Origin: Elsinoe ampelina
Lineage: Eukaryota
NCBI GenBank assembly: GCA_010093995.1
Contig: ML992504.1
Span: 620,001-684,000 of the forward strand
DNA: 64,000 bases
Reading direction: 5' to 3'
Part shown: positions 36,889 through 48,789 of the stretch, piece after piece
Numbering within the stretch: the first letter of the stretch is position 1
How the letters are laid out: each line of letters opens with the position of its first letter
The notes under the pieces: model-generated
What the model saw: only the letters and a program-made list of their open reading frames with translations
Told to the model about the DNA's origin: nothing
Database searches by the model: none
Position numbers and translations under genes: made by a program

Positions 36889-37450
36889 ATGGTTTTCCAT
36901 CACCACCACAGACATCATCGACGACCACGACCTTTTGTACATATACCACGACTCAACACTGCAACAAGCAGCCACTATGGAGCTCGGCTGTCACTTCCCC
37001 CCGGTTTCATAGCCGAACTTGCACGCAAATTACCACAGGATCGAAATCATGGGTGCTGCTCAGATCGGACAGGCCTGTAGAAAGTACGTCAACGGCAAAC
37101 CCTACCCCTTGGGCACCTGTGGTCTCGTGGAGACAGCTAGCCTCCGCTTCGAGGGGATTGAAGTCCCCATTGAAAGCGAAACTCCTGACCTCGAGGGCAA
37201 TTGTGGTGCGGACAAATGTCCTGATGGTGCGGATCTCAAGCGCTGCGGTGACTGTAAGAAGGCTCTCTACTGTACCTAGCTGTGCCAGGAAGCCAATTAT
37301 GGTCCTCACAGCAACGACTGTGACGATGTCAAGGCGGATGCACGTGCGAAGAAGGCAGTCGACAACGCCAAAGCCAAGTCAGCTGTAATGCGTCCTTGGT
37401 CCGTCAAGGAATTGGTCCAGTGGAGGGAATGCTGCACCTTTCTGCCATAG
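36889..37450 (+). pseudogene. MYND zinc-finger protein remnant
   Basis: CGADKC...LKRCGDCKKALYCT*LCQEANYGPHSNDC, with an in-frame TAG at 37277-37279 inside the finger. The N-terminus appears frameshifted. Confidence 0.55.
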
Positions 37451-37729
37451 AGCTTCAACATGGCATCTCTCCGGTCGGACAGAACGCTTCAAGGATTATA
37501 GTAGGGACTTGCTAGTCCCCAGGTGCGATGTCAGCAGGCGCCGACGCGATGGACATTATGCATAGATACCCCGATGCGTGCTTAGTCCAACATGAATGCA
37601 AACACATTAACTGCGTCAGCCGTCACTCTTCTCTGATCTTGTGGTGCTCTCAGACAGCGATGCGGTGGCTCGCCACAGCTGAATCCCGTCAGTGTGTTCT
37701 ATGTGCAATTGTCTACATCCTGTCCAGCC

Positions 37730-39058
37730 TCATGCTTTCAGCTCCGCTACCAAAGCCTTGAATCCTTGCAGGAAGTCGGCCTTGAGGTCTACCACGTTCT
37801 CTACTCCAACACTGACTCTAAGTAGCCGTTCATCAACACCTGCATCGCTCATTCGCCGCCACTCTATCAAGCTTTCCACGCCCCCAAGACTCGTTGCATG
37901 ATGGAACAGTTCAAGCTTGCTTGGTAGCCTCTTCGCCATCTCCATCTCCGCAAGGTACAAACCAAATACTGGTCCGAACCCATTTGGCATCTGTCTCGCT
38001 AGCCAATTGTCCTTACCCTCGGTCTGCAACAGCTCCCTCGCCTGCAGACTGGCATGCTCGACCTTCCACACCACCTTCTTCGCCACCGCCCGGACCTCTT
38101 CATCTGCTTCACTGCCCTCTCCCGCCAGACCGTCCAACCACCTCACCAGCTCCTCCGCATTCCTACTCTGCCGCTCCACCCTCAACTCCAACGTTCTCAA
38201 ACTCCTCACCCCGAGCCACCCCTCCAAACTCCCCACCACGCCCCCCAACAAGAACCTCTCCTTGAACAACTCCCAATACGCTTTCTCCGCTCCCTCCTTC
38301 CCCCTCCTCTCCTGCTCCACACTCAACACCCCACACAACAAATCACTATGGCCCCCAAAATACTTGGTCCCAGAATGCATGACATAATCGGCCCCCCACC
38401 TGAACGGCTCCAGCAGCGGCGGCGGCGCAAATGTCGCATCAATACTCAACCACGCCCCCCTCTCATGCGCCCACGCCGCATACTTCTCCACATCAAACGC
38501 CACGCCCGACGGATTCAGCGGCGTCTCGAGGTGCACTAGATCCCCTTTCCCCAGCGCAAATTCGCGCCCGTCCTCCGTCGTGCCACTCCAGGTGGACTTG
38601 TCATGCACGTCCACCACCACGCACGAGGTGAGTTTGCGGTACACGCCCAGCACGCCGTGGCACCCGTGGTAGCCGTCGCCGATGGCCACGACTTTCGGGT
38701 GGAGGTGGACGAGCAAGGCGTGGAAGGCGGCGAGGCCGGAGGCGTAGGTGAGGGTTGGGCCGTGGAGGAGGGAGGAGAGGAGGGTTTCGAGGCGGGTGGT
38801 GTTGGGGTTGGAGATGCGGGAGTAGATGTGCGGTGGGGCTTCGCCGGGTTGTAGGGAGGCGATTGTGCGGAGGTCGGAGGGGGTGCGGGGGTAGCGGTAG
38901 GTGGTGGCGAGGTGTAGGGAGGGGGCGACGTCGGTGGTGTGGGGGGTGTTGAGGATGTCGTCGGCGTGGATGGCGAGGGTGGCGGGGGAGAGGGACGGTG
39001 GGGCGGTGGTATGGAGGGGCGCGGAGGGGTCGGTGGGGGGGATGGGGGTGTCGTTCAT
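37730..39058 (-). CDS. Cys/Met metabolism PLP-dependent enzyme (cystathionine gamma-synthase/lyase-like)
   Basis: YSRISNP, SGLAA, ETPLNP, DATFAPP, HSGTKYFGGHSD (PLP lysine), ATSLGGVESLIE, LLRVSVGVE. Confidence 0.93.
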   Translation of the reverse strand: MNDTPIPPTDPSAPLHTTAPPSLSPATLAIHADDILNTPHTTDVAPSLHLATTYRYPRTPSDLRTIASLQPGEAPPHIYSRISNPNTTRLETLLSSLLHGPTLTYASGLAAFHALLVHLHPKVVAIGDGYHGCHGVLGVYRKLTSCVVVDVHDKSTWSGTTEDGREFALGKGDLVHLETPLNPSGVAFDVEKYAAWAHERGAWLSIDATFAPPPLLEPFRWGADYVMHSGTKYFGGHSDLLCGVLSVEQERRGKEGAEKAYWELFKERFLLGGVVGSLEGWLGVRSLRTLELRVERQSRNAEELVRWLDGLAGEGSEADEEVRAVAKKVVWKVEHASLQARELLQTEGKDNWLARQMPNGFGPVFGLYLAEMEMAKRLPSKLELFHHATSLGGVESLIEWRRMSDAGVDERLLRVSVGVENVVDLKADFLQGFKALVAELKA

Positions 39059-39530
39059 GTTGGTGAGAGGCGCTGGGTGGTGATGTCAAGTCAGGGTGTC
39101 TCGGGAGGATACAGTAGAGGGAGAAGATGGAGGATATATCGAGTCATGGCGTGATTGATAGGGGTCCATCTTTTGTGCGAACTCCGGGGCCGGAAGAACT
39201 CCGAATGCCTCCGATATATCATGACATGGTTCTATTTGCGATGATGACAATGCATTGTGCTACGGGATATCATTGTGAAGAAAAGTCTGACCAGAAATTG
39301 TCCAACAAGGAGATGTTTGGGACCCCAATTTGTGCTAGATTAATTCCGTTCTTCGTGTTAAACACTCCATGAATTTCGAGATGCAAAAATTTCCTTTTTG
39401 GGACATCCTCCGACCTCGGTCATACACACAACACAGTCCAATACGGAACTCCATACAAGAAAGATACTTTACGATATTGTTGAAAGACCCCCAGAAGTGA
39501 CTTGCGAGCTGATCGCTCAATTCCCGCGCC

Positions 39531-40593
39531 ATGGCTGGTCTCTTCGATGCTCAGATCTTCGAGAGCCTGCAGCAGAAGATTGACGAGGATGCTGCTGTAC
39601 GAGAGGTATGAATGAGTCGCAGGTATGATTCGGGACATTTATTGACTGATGTATCAGGTCATAAGAGACATCGTGCAAAATCTTGAGAAGCAAGGTCAAA
39701 ATTTCCTGCTGCATGCTCCGAATTCCACTAAGACGAACCAGACAGAGCAACACAAGCCATTCTCTCGAGAGCACATTCGACGGCAGCAACAGATTGTGAG
39801 TATCACAAACTCGTCAGCTTCTAACAATAACTGATGCTGGAAGTACCACCCATCCTCGAACAAGCCGAATCATCCATCAAAACCCAGATCGCCACCATCG
39901 CGAAATTGAACGAAGAGGCATCAAAGTACCCCTATTACAAGTACAACTTCATGTGGACACGACAGATGCAGGAGACGGTATCCATCCACATCCTAGACTC
40001 CTCTCGTGTTCGAAGACTGACACTGCAAGACCTTCTCCATCCTCCTTCTAGGCTACCTCCGTGGCTACTCGACCCCATCAGGTGGCACTCTCCTCACCAT
40101 CGACGACGTCGGCGCCACTCTCAACGTCCCTGTCAACCTCAAAGACAGGGATGCGTTTCACCTCACGATTGAAGAGTATTTGCACGCGTTGATCAGTCTG
40201 ATTGACGAGCTGGTAAGCCCATCCTCCCCTCTGTTGCTCTCTCTCTCTCTCACGCTTTCCCTTCTGCTCTATTCCCCACCACTCGGTTCACCCTTCGCGG
40301 CTCAATTACCCCGCCATCTTCTCCCCCGCTAGCTCCCGTATCTTCTTTTGTCCCACGTTATTCGATGCTGACTGCCCCAGACCCGCCTCACCCGCAACGC
40401 AGTCACCCTCTCCAACCACACGGCGCCCTTGCAGATCGCCAAATTCATCAAGGACCTGCACGCGGGCTTCCAGGTGCTGAACCTCAAGAACGATGCGCTC
40501 AGGAAGAGGTCGGACGGGATCAAGTATCGCGTCAAGGAGGTGGAGGATGTTGTGTATGATTTGAGTTTGAGGGGGTTGGTCAAGGCTTCTTGA
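39531..40593 (+). CDS. TSN1: Translin (multi-exon)
   Basis: Spliced: IFESLQQKIDED...YPYYKYN...FHLTIEEYLHALISLIDEL...GFQVLNLKNDALRKRSDGIKYRVKEVEDVVYDLSLRGL. Confidence 0.9.
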
Positions 40594-41223
40594 GAGGTTG
40601 GTGGCTTTGTGCTGTCAATCAAGGGATGGGAAACGGAGGCGGGGAAGAAGATGGGGAGATGAGGAGGATCCGGGGAGGGAGGGTGGCGGGGTGAGGCTGT
40701 GACGAAGGGCAGTCGGGGATGTAGATGTGGGAAAAATGAGACACAGAGGAAATGGAGCAGACGGTGAAGAGCAGTGCCGTGGCAAGATATGTGTCGGAGC
40801 ATGAAAGTCATGGCGCATGGCTGATCGCTGTCTACCCCTAGTTTTCTTGCCCGATCAATACTTCGCCGAGCAATAACATCTCGTCGTGTCCATCCACGAC
40901 CGCGCCAGAAAGAACAACGCCTCGCTCTATCGACCTGTTTAACCCGTAACAAGTCGAAATGGACGGAGTCCTCGCTGCATCGTCAGCATACTCCTCGCCG
41001 CCTCGAGATGCCGATCCCTGTGCAAAGCGGCCATAGCTTTGTTCATCTTCTGCTTCACCGCATTGGTTCTGATTATACCTGACGAGGCCGTCTGCCTGGT
41101 CCCGAGCTGTACCAATGCCAGTGCCGCCCTCATTTCCCGCCAGGTGTATCCCTTGCCATCCACGCTTGAATCATGCCTTGGTACTTCGCTGGAGAGAACT
41201 TCTGATCTGCGTTTCAGTAGCGA

Positions 41224-43147
41224 CTATGCCGTCGGAAGTTCCTGCTCGCCCTCCTTCTTGACCTCTGCCGTATCGCCTTCGCCCTCTGCCATCTCCACAT
41301 CTTCACCTCGCTCACTTTCTGGTGGCGTGACGACGGTGCCATCCTCGGCCTTCTCGGAACCCTCTTCCCGACTGACTGATCCTGAGGCTTTGGCTTCGAG
41401 CACTTCCTTGGCGACTTGGGCGTTTGCTTCTGTGGCGTCGAGTTGCATGTCGTCCGGATCGTCGCCGTCGTCTCGTGCTGATCCAAGGGGTGTGCCGCTT
41501 GCGCTGTCTTCATTTGGTGCGTGTGGGTTCTTGAAGTCCATGATGCCGACTCGTTTCGGTCGCGATGGATCGCCATTGCGTGGTGAGATGCCATTCTTTG
41601 CGGCTCCTTCTTCATCATCACTTTCGTCCAGTTCGTCGTCGCGGGTGACTTTCTTATCCCATCGTCGTTCCGAGTAGCGGCTGTCACCGTTCTGATCCTC
41701 GTCCTCATCGTCTAATCGTGCTTCTCGTTCATCAAGATCCTCGACATCGCCGGCATTCTCGGGGTCATTGGGATTTGCTTCTGTGAAGATGGGTGCGCGA
41801 GGAACATCGGTCATTTGTACTGATGGTGCCGCTGCGGTCATGCGGAGGTTCTCGAATACTTGTGTCTTGATCTTCTCGAGATATTCAGGTGAGTTGGCAT
41901 TGTCCATGTTCGAAGGGCGCACGTCGAGCTCAAAGTCTGGACCGTAGTACTGGGAAAGTCAGCAGATATCGGACTGCGCAAAGCGGGCCTACTCACATCG
42001 TAGTATTCTGTGTAAGGAAGATTCGGGCCGATCTCTTGACCAACAAGATTGCCAGTCTCGAATGCCCATGTGCGGGCAACGTTGCGCATCGTGTACCCTC
42101 CACCTCCAAGGATGAGTGTAGGTAGATTGAAAGATTTGACAAAGTTGACACAGTTGGCGTGACCTTTCATGCTTAGGTTGAAGCATCCAAGTCTGTCTCC
42201 GCTCAAGCTGTCGCCACCACATTGCAGGACTACGGCTTCCGGTTGGTACACTTCCATGATCTTGCCGATGACGGGCTCAAAGATTGACTTGTATGACCGG
42301 TCATCGATGCCATCTCGAAGTGGAAAGTTGATGCTGTAGTATTTACCGCCGCCGACACCAATGTCGCGGAGCTCACCAGTACCGGGGAAGTACTCTCCGT
42401 ACTTGTGGAAGGAGACGCACATGACACGATCGGTAGTGTAGAAAGCTTCCTCCACACCGTCGCCGTGGTGTACATCAATGTCGATATACAGAACACGGCG
42501 CTTGTATCGGAGGAGTTCCAGGATGCCGAGAACAATGTCTGCAATCAGTCAGCCTCAGTCCATTATCTTGGGGGCTTCCAAAATACCATTGATGTAGCAG
42601 AAACCACTGGCTTCACTTTTCTTCGCGTGATGTAGACCTCCAGCCCAGTTGACAGCCACGTCGCACTTGGCCCTGTTCAGTCGGGCGGCGCCCTCCATGC
42701 TTCCACCAGCACTGATGCCACAGAACTCGAATAGTCCATCGAATACCGGACAATCGTCTCCAACATTGTACTTGCCCTGCTCTTTCGCATAGTTGTCCAT
42801 GTTGTCGGGAGTGACTTTTTGTAAGAAGTCTACGTATTCGTCTGTGTGGAACTGGGTCATCTCGTGCCGTGAAGCAGGCTTTGCGCGCTGTGCCAGAGGT
42901 TAGTCTCGCGCTGGTCAAGATGGTATGCGGGGGGCTGGCGCACGTAAATCTCCATCTTCTTGTACAGGCCGTAATTCATGATCAAGCTGTGAGCCATTCG
43001 TATTCTGTGTGGCTTCATGGGATGTCCGGCATTGTATGCGTAGTTGCCGACATCCGAGTCATAGAAATATGCGACCTTCTTTGGTTGTGAGGATCCATTC
43101 AGTCGAGGCTCGTCCAAGGGAGCATGCACGGAACTCTTGGTCGCCAT
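41224..43147 (-). CDS. RPD3: Class I histone deacetylase Rpd3/RpdA (4 exons)
   Basis: [63 protein letters not shown]. Confidence 0.97.
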
Positions 43148-43675
43148 GTTGGCGGGTCGTCGTAGAGTGAGGACTTCAGCACGATATGAATGGAGTCGCG
43201 AGAGGCTGGAGATTGGGATCTTGCACGAGGACCAATCTCCGGCTTCTGAGGAGTCGAGAAGAAGATCCGAGAATATTTGGAGGGGATGAAATGGAGGTGG
43301 GAAGAAGGAAGCTCCAAGTTAGGAACCCTCTGATATTCCACCGCCCGCGAGCTGTCCCGCCGATCATCAGCAGAGCCGCATCTGCAGAGCCGCGTCTGGT
43401 CCGAGCTCGGGCCGATCTCCGACATGAACGAGCAGAAGCTCAAGGAACAATACCATCATCACTTTCGTCGATTATAGGCACGTACTCATCGCCTCACGAT
43501 CACCATCTCGTCTTGGGTTTCCACTGAACATCTCACCCTGTCTCCGGCAACAGAGCAGATAGAAGGCGTCACGGAAGCTTCTACGAGCCCGCCGACCTTA
43601 CCTCCGCGGCAAGCTCTGAAGAGCGCTGTCACCTGTCCATCTCATCCTCATCACCTCATCTAACCACAAATCGCC

Positions 43676-44828
43676 ATGGATCGACTCACACGAATGCTGG
43701 CTGCCGCTCAAGGCATGGGTCAGCATCAAGGCGGCCCAGCTCAAGACACAAACATCATCGACAACTCCGAAACTGTCTACATCAGCTCTCTCGCCCTTCT
43801 CAAAATGTTGCGACACGGAAGAGCAGGTGTACCAATGGAGGTCATGGGCTTGATGTTAGGAGAGTTCGTGGATGACTACACAGTACGCGTTGTGGACGTA
43901 TTTGCGATGCCTCAGTCCGGTACAGGTGTGTCGGTTGAAGCTGTCGACCCGGTGTTCCAGACAAAGATGATGGACATGCTACGGCAGACAGGACGACCAG
44001 AGACTGTGGTTGGATGGTACCATTCGCATCCTGGTTTCGGCTGCTGGCTCTCTAGCGTCGATATCAACACCCAACAGTCTTTCGAGCAGCTCACACCTCG
44101 CGCCGTCGCCGTCGTCATCGATCCGATCCAGTCCGTCAAGGGCAAGGTCGTCATTGACGCCTTCCGCCTCATCAACCCTCAGACTCTCATGCTAGGTCAG
44201 GAGCCAAGACAGACGACGTCGAATGTGGGACACCTGAACAAGCCATCCATTCAAGCTCTCATACACGGTCTCAACAGACACTATTACAGCATTGCGGTGG
44301 GATACTTGAAAGCGCGAGGCGCGACGGCTACCGGCAGCACAAGCGCGATGAGCGCCGGCAACTCAGGAATGGGTGTTGGTGGCGAGGAGGGCATGTTGAT
44401 GAACTTGCACAAGAGCGTATGGACAGAGGCACTCACAATGAACGATTTCAAGACGGAAGGAGAGCGGAATTTGGACAGGCTGAAGAAGCTTGTCGGACTT
44501 GCAGAGGGATACGAGAAGCGCGTCAAGGAAGAGACGGAGTTGACCAAGGAGCAGCTTCGGACGAGATATGTTGGCAAGGTTGATCCGAAGAAGCGTAAGA
44601 CTTTCCTCCTGCCGAACTCTTGCAAAAGCTAACATAATCATAGACATTGAATCCGTCAGCACCGAGCTCATCGAAGACAACATCGTCTCTGTATCGCGAC
44701 AGATGATCGACAAGGAGGCATCCGTCCCGTCGGCAAGTCTCGCAACACTCTCGCTCAACGGGGCAAATGGCCACTCGAATGGCGTACAAGGGGGCGGACA
44801 AATAATGGAGATTGACGAGGAGATATAG
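43676..44828 (+). CDS. RPN11: 26S proteasome lid deubiquitinase Rpn11
   Basis: JAMM motif [31 protein letters not shown]; one intron near 44595-44643. Confidence 0.97.
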
Positions 44829-45280
44829 CAGCCTGCTCTATTCACTCCTCACGGTGAGCCTCTGCCTCCAGCAAGGAACATCACCATGCGTGGGCAGCCC
44901 AGTTCTGCGCCCTCACCGACCAGTCCGCAAAGCGAAGAGGGTTGGGAAGTAGTCGAGCACAGCGAAGCTGAACTATGAATTGGGCCCTCGGACTCATGCA
45001 GGATTAGTCACGACAACCATAGACAACCATTACGCATAGCCGGCACAAGATGCAATGCAATGAAGCATACCATTCATGTCTATGCTAAGATTCATAACCT
45101 CGTGATAACCTCCGTCCAAATGCACAAACGAGTGTCCACCTTGTCTATCCACAAACCAACTCCGAAGAGAAAGAAAGGAACGTGGTATCGAACTCCACCA
45201 TGCTGTCCTCCCTAATCCAACCGTCTTGATCTTCATCTTTCTACTCATCAACCCTCCCCTCCCCCTTCCCATTATCAATC

Positions 45281-47071
45281 CTAAACCTCCTTCCCCTCCC
45301 CCTTCCCCTTCCCAAACCCCACCAGCTCAGTTAACGACGGAAACGTCGCCCCAAACTTCCTCCTCGCTTCCCTCCTCCCCATCACCCCGCCACGCACCGC
45401 CCTCGAACCAATAAACCCCTCATCCCCCCCCTCCTTCTCCTTACCAATCCGTCCCGCCCCAGAAGAAGCTTCGGGCAACGCAGTCGTGAGCACCACCCTC
45501 GGCACGCTCAGTGTCTTGCCCTCCGCGGAAGAAGAAGCAGTAACAGAAGTGACCAACGTCCCCGGCACACGAGACGCACGAACGGTGTTGGCCAGATCAG
45601 CAGATGAATACCCCGCCCTCGTCGTCGGGAGCGAGGGACCAGCGGAGGAAGAAGCAGCGTCCCCCTCGCACGGCGCGGAGGTGGTCACGCCTGGTTCGGC
45701 GGCCAACTCTTCCGGCGTTTTGAGCAGGGACTCCTCGATGGTAGTGGAGCGGGAGAGGAGCGTGGTGCGCGGGATGTCGTCTGCTTGAGCCTTGGTGCTT
45801 GAGCTGGGGCCTGAGCTGGGATTGGCGGGCATAGGAACGGAAGCCGAAGCCGAGGGGGCAGGGGATGGGGAGGGTTGAGGAGATGGTGATGCGGCGGGGG
45901 GGTTCGCGGTGGGGGTTGAGGCGGTGGGCGCGGCGGCTGTGGCGCGCACGCGGGTGGTGACTGTCACGGTGACGAGGACTTCTTCTTCTTCTTCTTCCAT
46001 GGTGGTGGTGGCTGTCAGGGTGCGGGTTTTGCGGGCACGGTTGCGGGTGGAGGGGGGCGGGGTGGGGGTCTCGGTCGCTGGGGAGGAGGGGGGAGGTGAG
46101 GCTGAGACGGAAGCAGAGATGGAGGCGGACGAGCTTGGGTCGCTGGATGCGCCGTCGTTGGCTGAGCCGAAGGGCGTCTTGATGAATGCCGTACGGTCCT
46201 GGAAACCTTCGGGAGCTTTGGTCTGCGGGTCTTGTTGCTCGAGCGTGTACTTATCTGCGACGTTCTTGCGGGATCCTTGCAACTGGTTGGTACCGATGCC
46301 GATTTCTGCGCAGGTGGTGTAGTATTCGTCTTTGCCGTTGGGGAGACCCGGGTCGATGCCTGCCTCGGTGTTCCATTGCCAGACCCAGTAGACGGTAAGC
46401 TTGGAGCCGTCGATGTCGGTGGGGAGCTTGACGTCGGTTTCACACCATTGTTCGACGTTGGAGGTGGGTTGGTCTGGGATGCGGTCGGGGAATTGTTGCT
46501 GACGTTCTTTGGAGATGGCCTCCCCGTTGATTTGGTGGCAGCGGCCGTCGTCGAAGTTTTGGGCTGCGATCATCTTGCCGCGACCGTCGCCGCCTTTGCC
46601 GTGTTGGGTCCATTTGAGGACGTCCATGAGCTTCTCGTCATCCTTGGGAGATGTGGTGCCGTAGACGAAGACGGTGCCGCCTGACTTGGCCTTGCCTTTC
46701 TGGTTGGCGGGGAGGGTGACGTGGCCGTTCTCGAGATACTTCATGGCGACGAAAGCACCGGGCTTTACTGTCAGGATGGGGTACTTGTCGGATTGCTTTG
46801 CAGTGCGCTGGTCGGGATGGCAGAGGAGGTCCTCATCGTTAATCTTGCTGCGGCCAGAGGAGAGAGCAGGGAGAAGGTAGTTCATGGAACCACCATTGAA
46901 GCCAGGGTCGGTGCGAGCGACGTAGCCGCGAGGATAGCCCATGGGACCGACGAAGGAGCCATCCGCCGATATCTCTTGCATCTGCTCGACCCAGCTGTGA
47001 CCAGTGACCGAGCCAACCAGAGTGGCAAGGAGGACGCTGGCCGTGAAAGACATGACTGAAGAGTGACCCAT
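45281..47071 (-). CDS. Secreted protein with a predicted mature N-terminal His, a Cys-containing domain and a long Ser/Thr/Pro tail
   Basis: Signal peptide ...LVGSVTG|HSWVEQ; ENGHVT; NFDDGRC; VYWVWQW; EYYTTCAEI; low-complexity tail. Confidence 0.75.
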   Translation of the reverse strand: MGHSSVMSFTASVLLATLVGSVTGHSWVEQMQEISADGSFVGPMGYPRGYVARTDPGFNGGSMNYLLPALSSGRSKINDEDLLCHPDQRTAKQSDKYPILTVKPGAFVAMKYLENGHVTLPANQKGKAKSGGTVFVYGTTSPKDDEKLMDVLKWTQHGKGGDGRGKMIAAQNFDDGRCHQINGEAISKERQQQFPDRIPDQPTSNVEQWCETDVKLPTDIDGSKLTVYWVWQWNTEAGIDPGLPNGKDEYYTTCAEIGIGTNQLQGSRKNVADKYTLEQQDPQTKAPEGFQDRTAFIKTPFGSANDGASSDPSSSASISASVSASPPPSSPATETPTPPPSTRNRARKTRTLTATTTMEEEEEEVLVTVTVTTRVRATAAAPTASTPTANPPAASPSPQPSPSPAPSASASVPMPANPSSGPSSSTKAQADDIPRTTLLSRSTTIEESLLKTPEELAAEPGVTTSAPCEGDAASSSAGPSLPTTRAGYSSADLANTVRASRVPGTLVTSVTASSSAEGKTLSVPRVVLTTALPEASSGAGRIGKEKEGGDEGFIGSRAVRGGVMGRREARRKFGATFPSLTELVGFGKGKGEGKEV

Positions 47072-48789
47072 GCTGACTGCGCTGAAGATGAGACGAAAGA
47101 ATGTGTATAGATGGCGAGCGAGGTACCGGACCGGCCGGATGTCTGTCCTGCAGAAAGAGTGTAGCTAGTTCGATGCCAGACCGAACGTGATTTGGAATTG
47201 GTGTAAAGAAGGTAAGTGTGGAGATGAATATGCACGAAGGTGACAAATGAAGGGAGAGTTTGATGTAGTGGAAGAGAAGTCTATGGCGCAGGCTCCAATG
47301 GGTGAAATGTCTCGCGACTGGCACCAATCATCAGTATTGACCCGTGAGTGACCAGCACGAACAGGACAATAGCCAGCACAATGCGGTGCCTCAATGTGAA
47401 AACAGAGCAACAAAGAATGAAGAGCGCGGGGGGGGGGGGGACAAAAGCGTACAAAGAAGGTAGACAATGCTTTTGTTGCCTACCATTGATACTCTCCTTA
47501 GCCCATGTGAAAGTTGGAGCCGCCTGGACAAGTGGATTGTTAGAGAAGTCTCCTTGATGCGGCTCTGGCAGGCTCTGGGGAGCCAACTGTCGTGGAGTAC
47601 CAGGTTGCTCGACAGCGCTGGGCCGTGGCAAACCTGGTATTTCCGTGACTGCCATGGTATGGGCGCCTGACAATACAAGGAAAAGGTGTTTTGGAATGGA
47701 CGAAAGAAAAAATAGTGCACGTGTTGACTCGCTGTCGATCTCTCGGCTGCTTCATGAAGACTGCCGTGGAACATACGCAGGGCGGTTCTGTGGAAGCAAG
47801 GGCATAGCCTGGATCTCTTTGTGTCGAATGTTCTGTACACAAGCGCGCTTCGATAGGACGAGATGAATTGTAATGGCGAAGGTGGGCGCGTGGAAGCATA
47901 AATAGGTCGTGGAGTAATTCTGGTGTGATGTTTCACATTCTCTTCGCATCTTTGGCCGTGTGAGGTGAGAAAAACGCGGTGATTGGCTGAGGGTGAATCG
48001 TCAATTCTTTCTCCATCAAAGCTGGCGCTTCGCTTCTTGTTACCTTGGCCACTTTCTGCTTTGCTTCACAAGAGAGAGCACATCACTTGCGCGCTGATGA
48101 TTCCCAACCGTTCCTCGAGACTGCTTGTGGGGCATTGCCTCTGAGCAGCACGAACTTCTTCCACCCAGCAGGCGGTCCGGGTGTGAGAATGAGACAGTTT
48201 GGCTCCGCAAGTGGGACCCAGCACGTGTCGCGAAGATGCAATGCTCCCACAGACTGTTCTACGATAGCGACTGGCGACTCATTCACAGGCCAGACCGCGT
48301 ACATGGGCCGCGTGTCTGCCACAATATTGCGCGGCTACTGTTTGTGATCGCAACGGCGCCATGTCTCGGGAAATGGACTTCACAGCCGAGGCAGGACCAG
48401 TGTGGCTTGTCTAGGGTATCAATGCTCGTGCTGATTATCAAACGATGATATGTGATGGTCTCATTATATTGGGTATCTTGTTATCGACCATGCTGTTATC
48501 TGACCTATGATGGGTCGCGTGCTGCTGTATCCAAACCCAGCACTACCTTAGCATGCTAGGCGACTTTATCCTACAACCATGTTCGTCGCCTCGAGCGACG
48601 TTCTTGATGCTATGCTTTCATTAATGCTTCCTCTAGCTCATTTTGTGTTTGCCGGAAACAACGCCGCGCTGTATGAGGTTTTGTAAACAGGAAATGCTTC
48701 GTGATATTCGTGATGAGTGAGCAGGATCTACTGGCCAGACCGCTGGGAGCTTGTCGACCCGGTGTACTGTTTGCTGGAGGTCTCGTTGA

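Noticed and set aside
39241..39290. ATGATGA...CTGA resembling a C/D snoRNA
   Set aside because: The span is only about 50 nt, with no convincing terminal stem and no recognisable rRNA antisense element.
47428..47440. G13 homopolymer (and a short CT repeat near 40237-40251)
   Set aside because: These are ordinary simple repeats with no evidence of function.
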